From assembly GCF_003334815.1 (NCBI RefSeq), contig NZ_QOWO01000140.1: 224 bases of DNA; one strand, 5' to 3'. Position 1 is the first letter of the stretch. Each line of letters starts with the position of its first letter. The notes beneath the pieces are model-generated. The model saw nothing but the letters and a program-made list of their open reading frames with translations. It searched no databases and was not told the DNA's origin. Both the position numbers and the translations under genes were made by a program. Of this stretch, positions 1 through 224 are shown piece after piece. The DNA comes from Escherichia coli. Its GTDB lineage: Bacteria; Pseudomonadota; Gammaproteobacteria; Enterobacterales; Enterobacteriaceae.

Positions 1-15
1 AATTTGAGAGACTCA

Positions 16-35
16 CGAACAACTTTCGTTGTTCA
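16..35 (-). other. Spacer RNA hairpin with GAAA (GNRA) tetraloop, 7-8 bp stem
   Basis: Plus 17-23 gaacaac is the exact reverse complement of plus 28-34 gttgttc. Loop is plus 24-27 tttc, which is GAAA in the minus-sense RNA. Positions 16/35 add a G-U closing pair in the minus-sense RNA. Confidence 0.5.
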
Positions 36-75
36 GTGTTTCAATTTTCAGCTTGATCCAGATTTTTAAAGAGCA

Positions 76-115
76 AATATCTCAAACATCACCCGAAGAT
101 GAGTTTTGAGATATT
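76..115 (-). other. Spacer RNA hairpin with UUCG tetraloop (extended stem, about 16 bp with a 2x2 internal loop)
   Basis: Perfect 11-bp inverted repeat: plus 76-86 aatatctcaaa pairs with 105-115 tttgagatatt. Inner stem 89-93/98-102 is 5 bp in the minus-sense RNA, including one G-U pair. Positions 87-88/103-104 form a 2x2 internal loop. Loop is plus 94-97 cgaa, which is UUCG in the minus-sense RNA. Confidence 0.6.
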
Positions 116-148
116 AAGGCAGGTGACTTTCACTCACAAACCAGCAAG

Positions 149-224
149 TGGCGTCCCCTAGGGGATTCGAACCCCTGTTACCGCCGTGAAAGGGCGGTGT
201 CCTGGGCCTCTAGACGAAGGGGAC
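149..224 (-). tRNA. gltW: tRNA-Glu (anticodon UUC), complete 76-nt gene with genomically encoded 3' CCA
   Basis: Reverse complement of 149-224 is GTCCCCTTCGTCTAGAGGCCCAGGACACCGCCCTTTCACGGCGGTAACAGGGGTTCGAATCCCCTAGGGGACGCCA. It folds as a cloverleaf: acceptor stem GTCCCCT/AGGGGAC (7 bp), D-stem GTCT/GGAC, anticodon stem CCGCC/GGCGG with loop CTTTCAC (anticodon TTC, plus-strand 188-190 as gaa), 4-nt variable loop, T-stem AGGGG/CCCCT with T-loop TTCGAAT (plus 165-171), discriminator G, then CCA (plus 149-151 as tgg). From memory this matches the E. coli rrn-operon tRNA-Glu. The four copies (gltT/gltU/gltV/gltW) are identical in the mature tRNA, so the copy cannot be resolved here. gltW is chosen only because it is the minus-strand copy in K-12 reference orientation; that assumes the window is in reference orientation. 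Confidence 0.95.

Larger units (their letters stand above)
1..148 (-). other. rRNA operon internal transcribed spacer (segment between tRNA-Glu 3' end and 23S rRNA 5' end); non-coding precursor-rRNA sequence
   Basis: It lies directly 3' of the tRNA-Glu in the transcript sense. Reverse complement (CTTGCTGGTTTGTGAGTGAAAGTCACCTGCC...GTTCGTGAGTCTCTCAAATT) matches my recollection of the E. coli 16S-tRNA-Glu-23S spacer. It is AT-rich, has no credible ORF, and contains tetraloop hairpins that only form stable loops in the minus-sense RNA. The 23S 5' end is expected a few tens of nt beyond position 1, outside the window. Confidence 0.8.

Noticed and set aside
53-81. Promoter-like AT-rich stretch (ttgatc at 53-58, AT-rich hexamers downstream)
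   Set aside because: Weak match to -35/-10 consensus with no good TATAAT. The region is internal to a co-transcribed rRNA operon read from the opposite strand, so chance resemblance is the simpler explanation.
60-115. Possible rho-independent terminator (hairpin 76-115 with nearby U-rich sequence in the minus-sense RNA)
   Set aside because: The stem is AT-rich rather than GC-rich and is not directly followed by a U-tract. It sits between the tRNA and 23S rRNA, which are co-transcribed, so termination here would be incompatible with operon function.
100-162. Short plus-strand ORF (atg at 100 to tag at 160-162, 20 codons)
   Set aside because: Too short, no recognisable ribosome-binding site, overlaps the tRNA gene and lies inside a transcribed rRNA spacer. 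It is a chance reading frame.
149-224. tRNA gene as an integration site for a genomic island or prophage
   Set aside because: The tRNA 3' end is followed by rRNA spacer sequence with hairpins typical of the ITS, not by an attachment-site repeat or integrase gene. rrn-embedded tRNA-Glu is not a usual island target.
1-224. CRISPR array, mobile element or toxin-antitoxin/defence system
   Set aside because: No spaced direct repeats, no terminal inverted repeats typical of IS elements, and no coding capacity. The entire window is accounted for by known rRNA-operon components.

Overview
This window is not a novel system. It is the well-known distal part of the 16S-23S internal transcribed spacer of an enterobacterial (E. 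coli/Shigella-type) rRNA operon, transcribed from the minus strand. Positions 149-224 hold a complete 76-nt tRNA-Glu(UUC) gene on the minus strand, with an encoded CCA end; its reverse complement folds into a canonical cloverleaf. Positions 1-148 are the non-coding spacer that, in the transcript, runs from the tRNA 3' end toward the 23S rRNA 5' end, which lies beyond position 1 and is not in the window. In the minus-sense RNA the spacer carries two hairpins capped by stable tetraloops (GAAA and UUCG). There is no protein-coding gene, CRISPR array or mobile element. The organism and operon assignment rest on recognition from memory, not on a database search.
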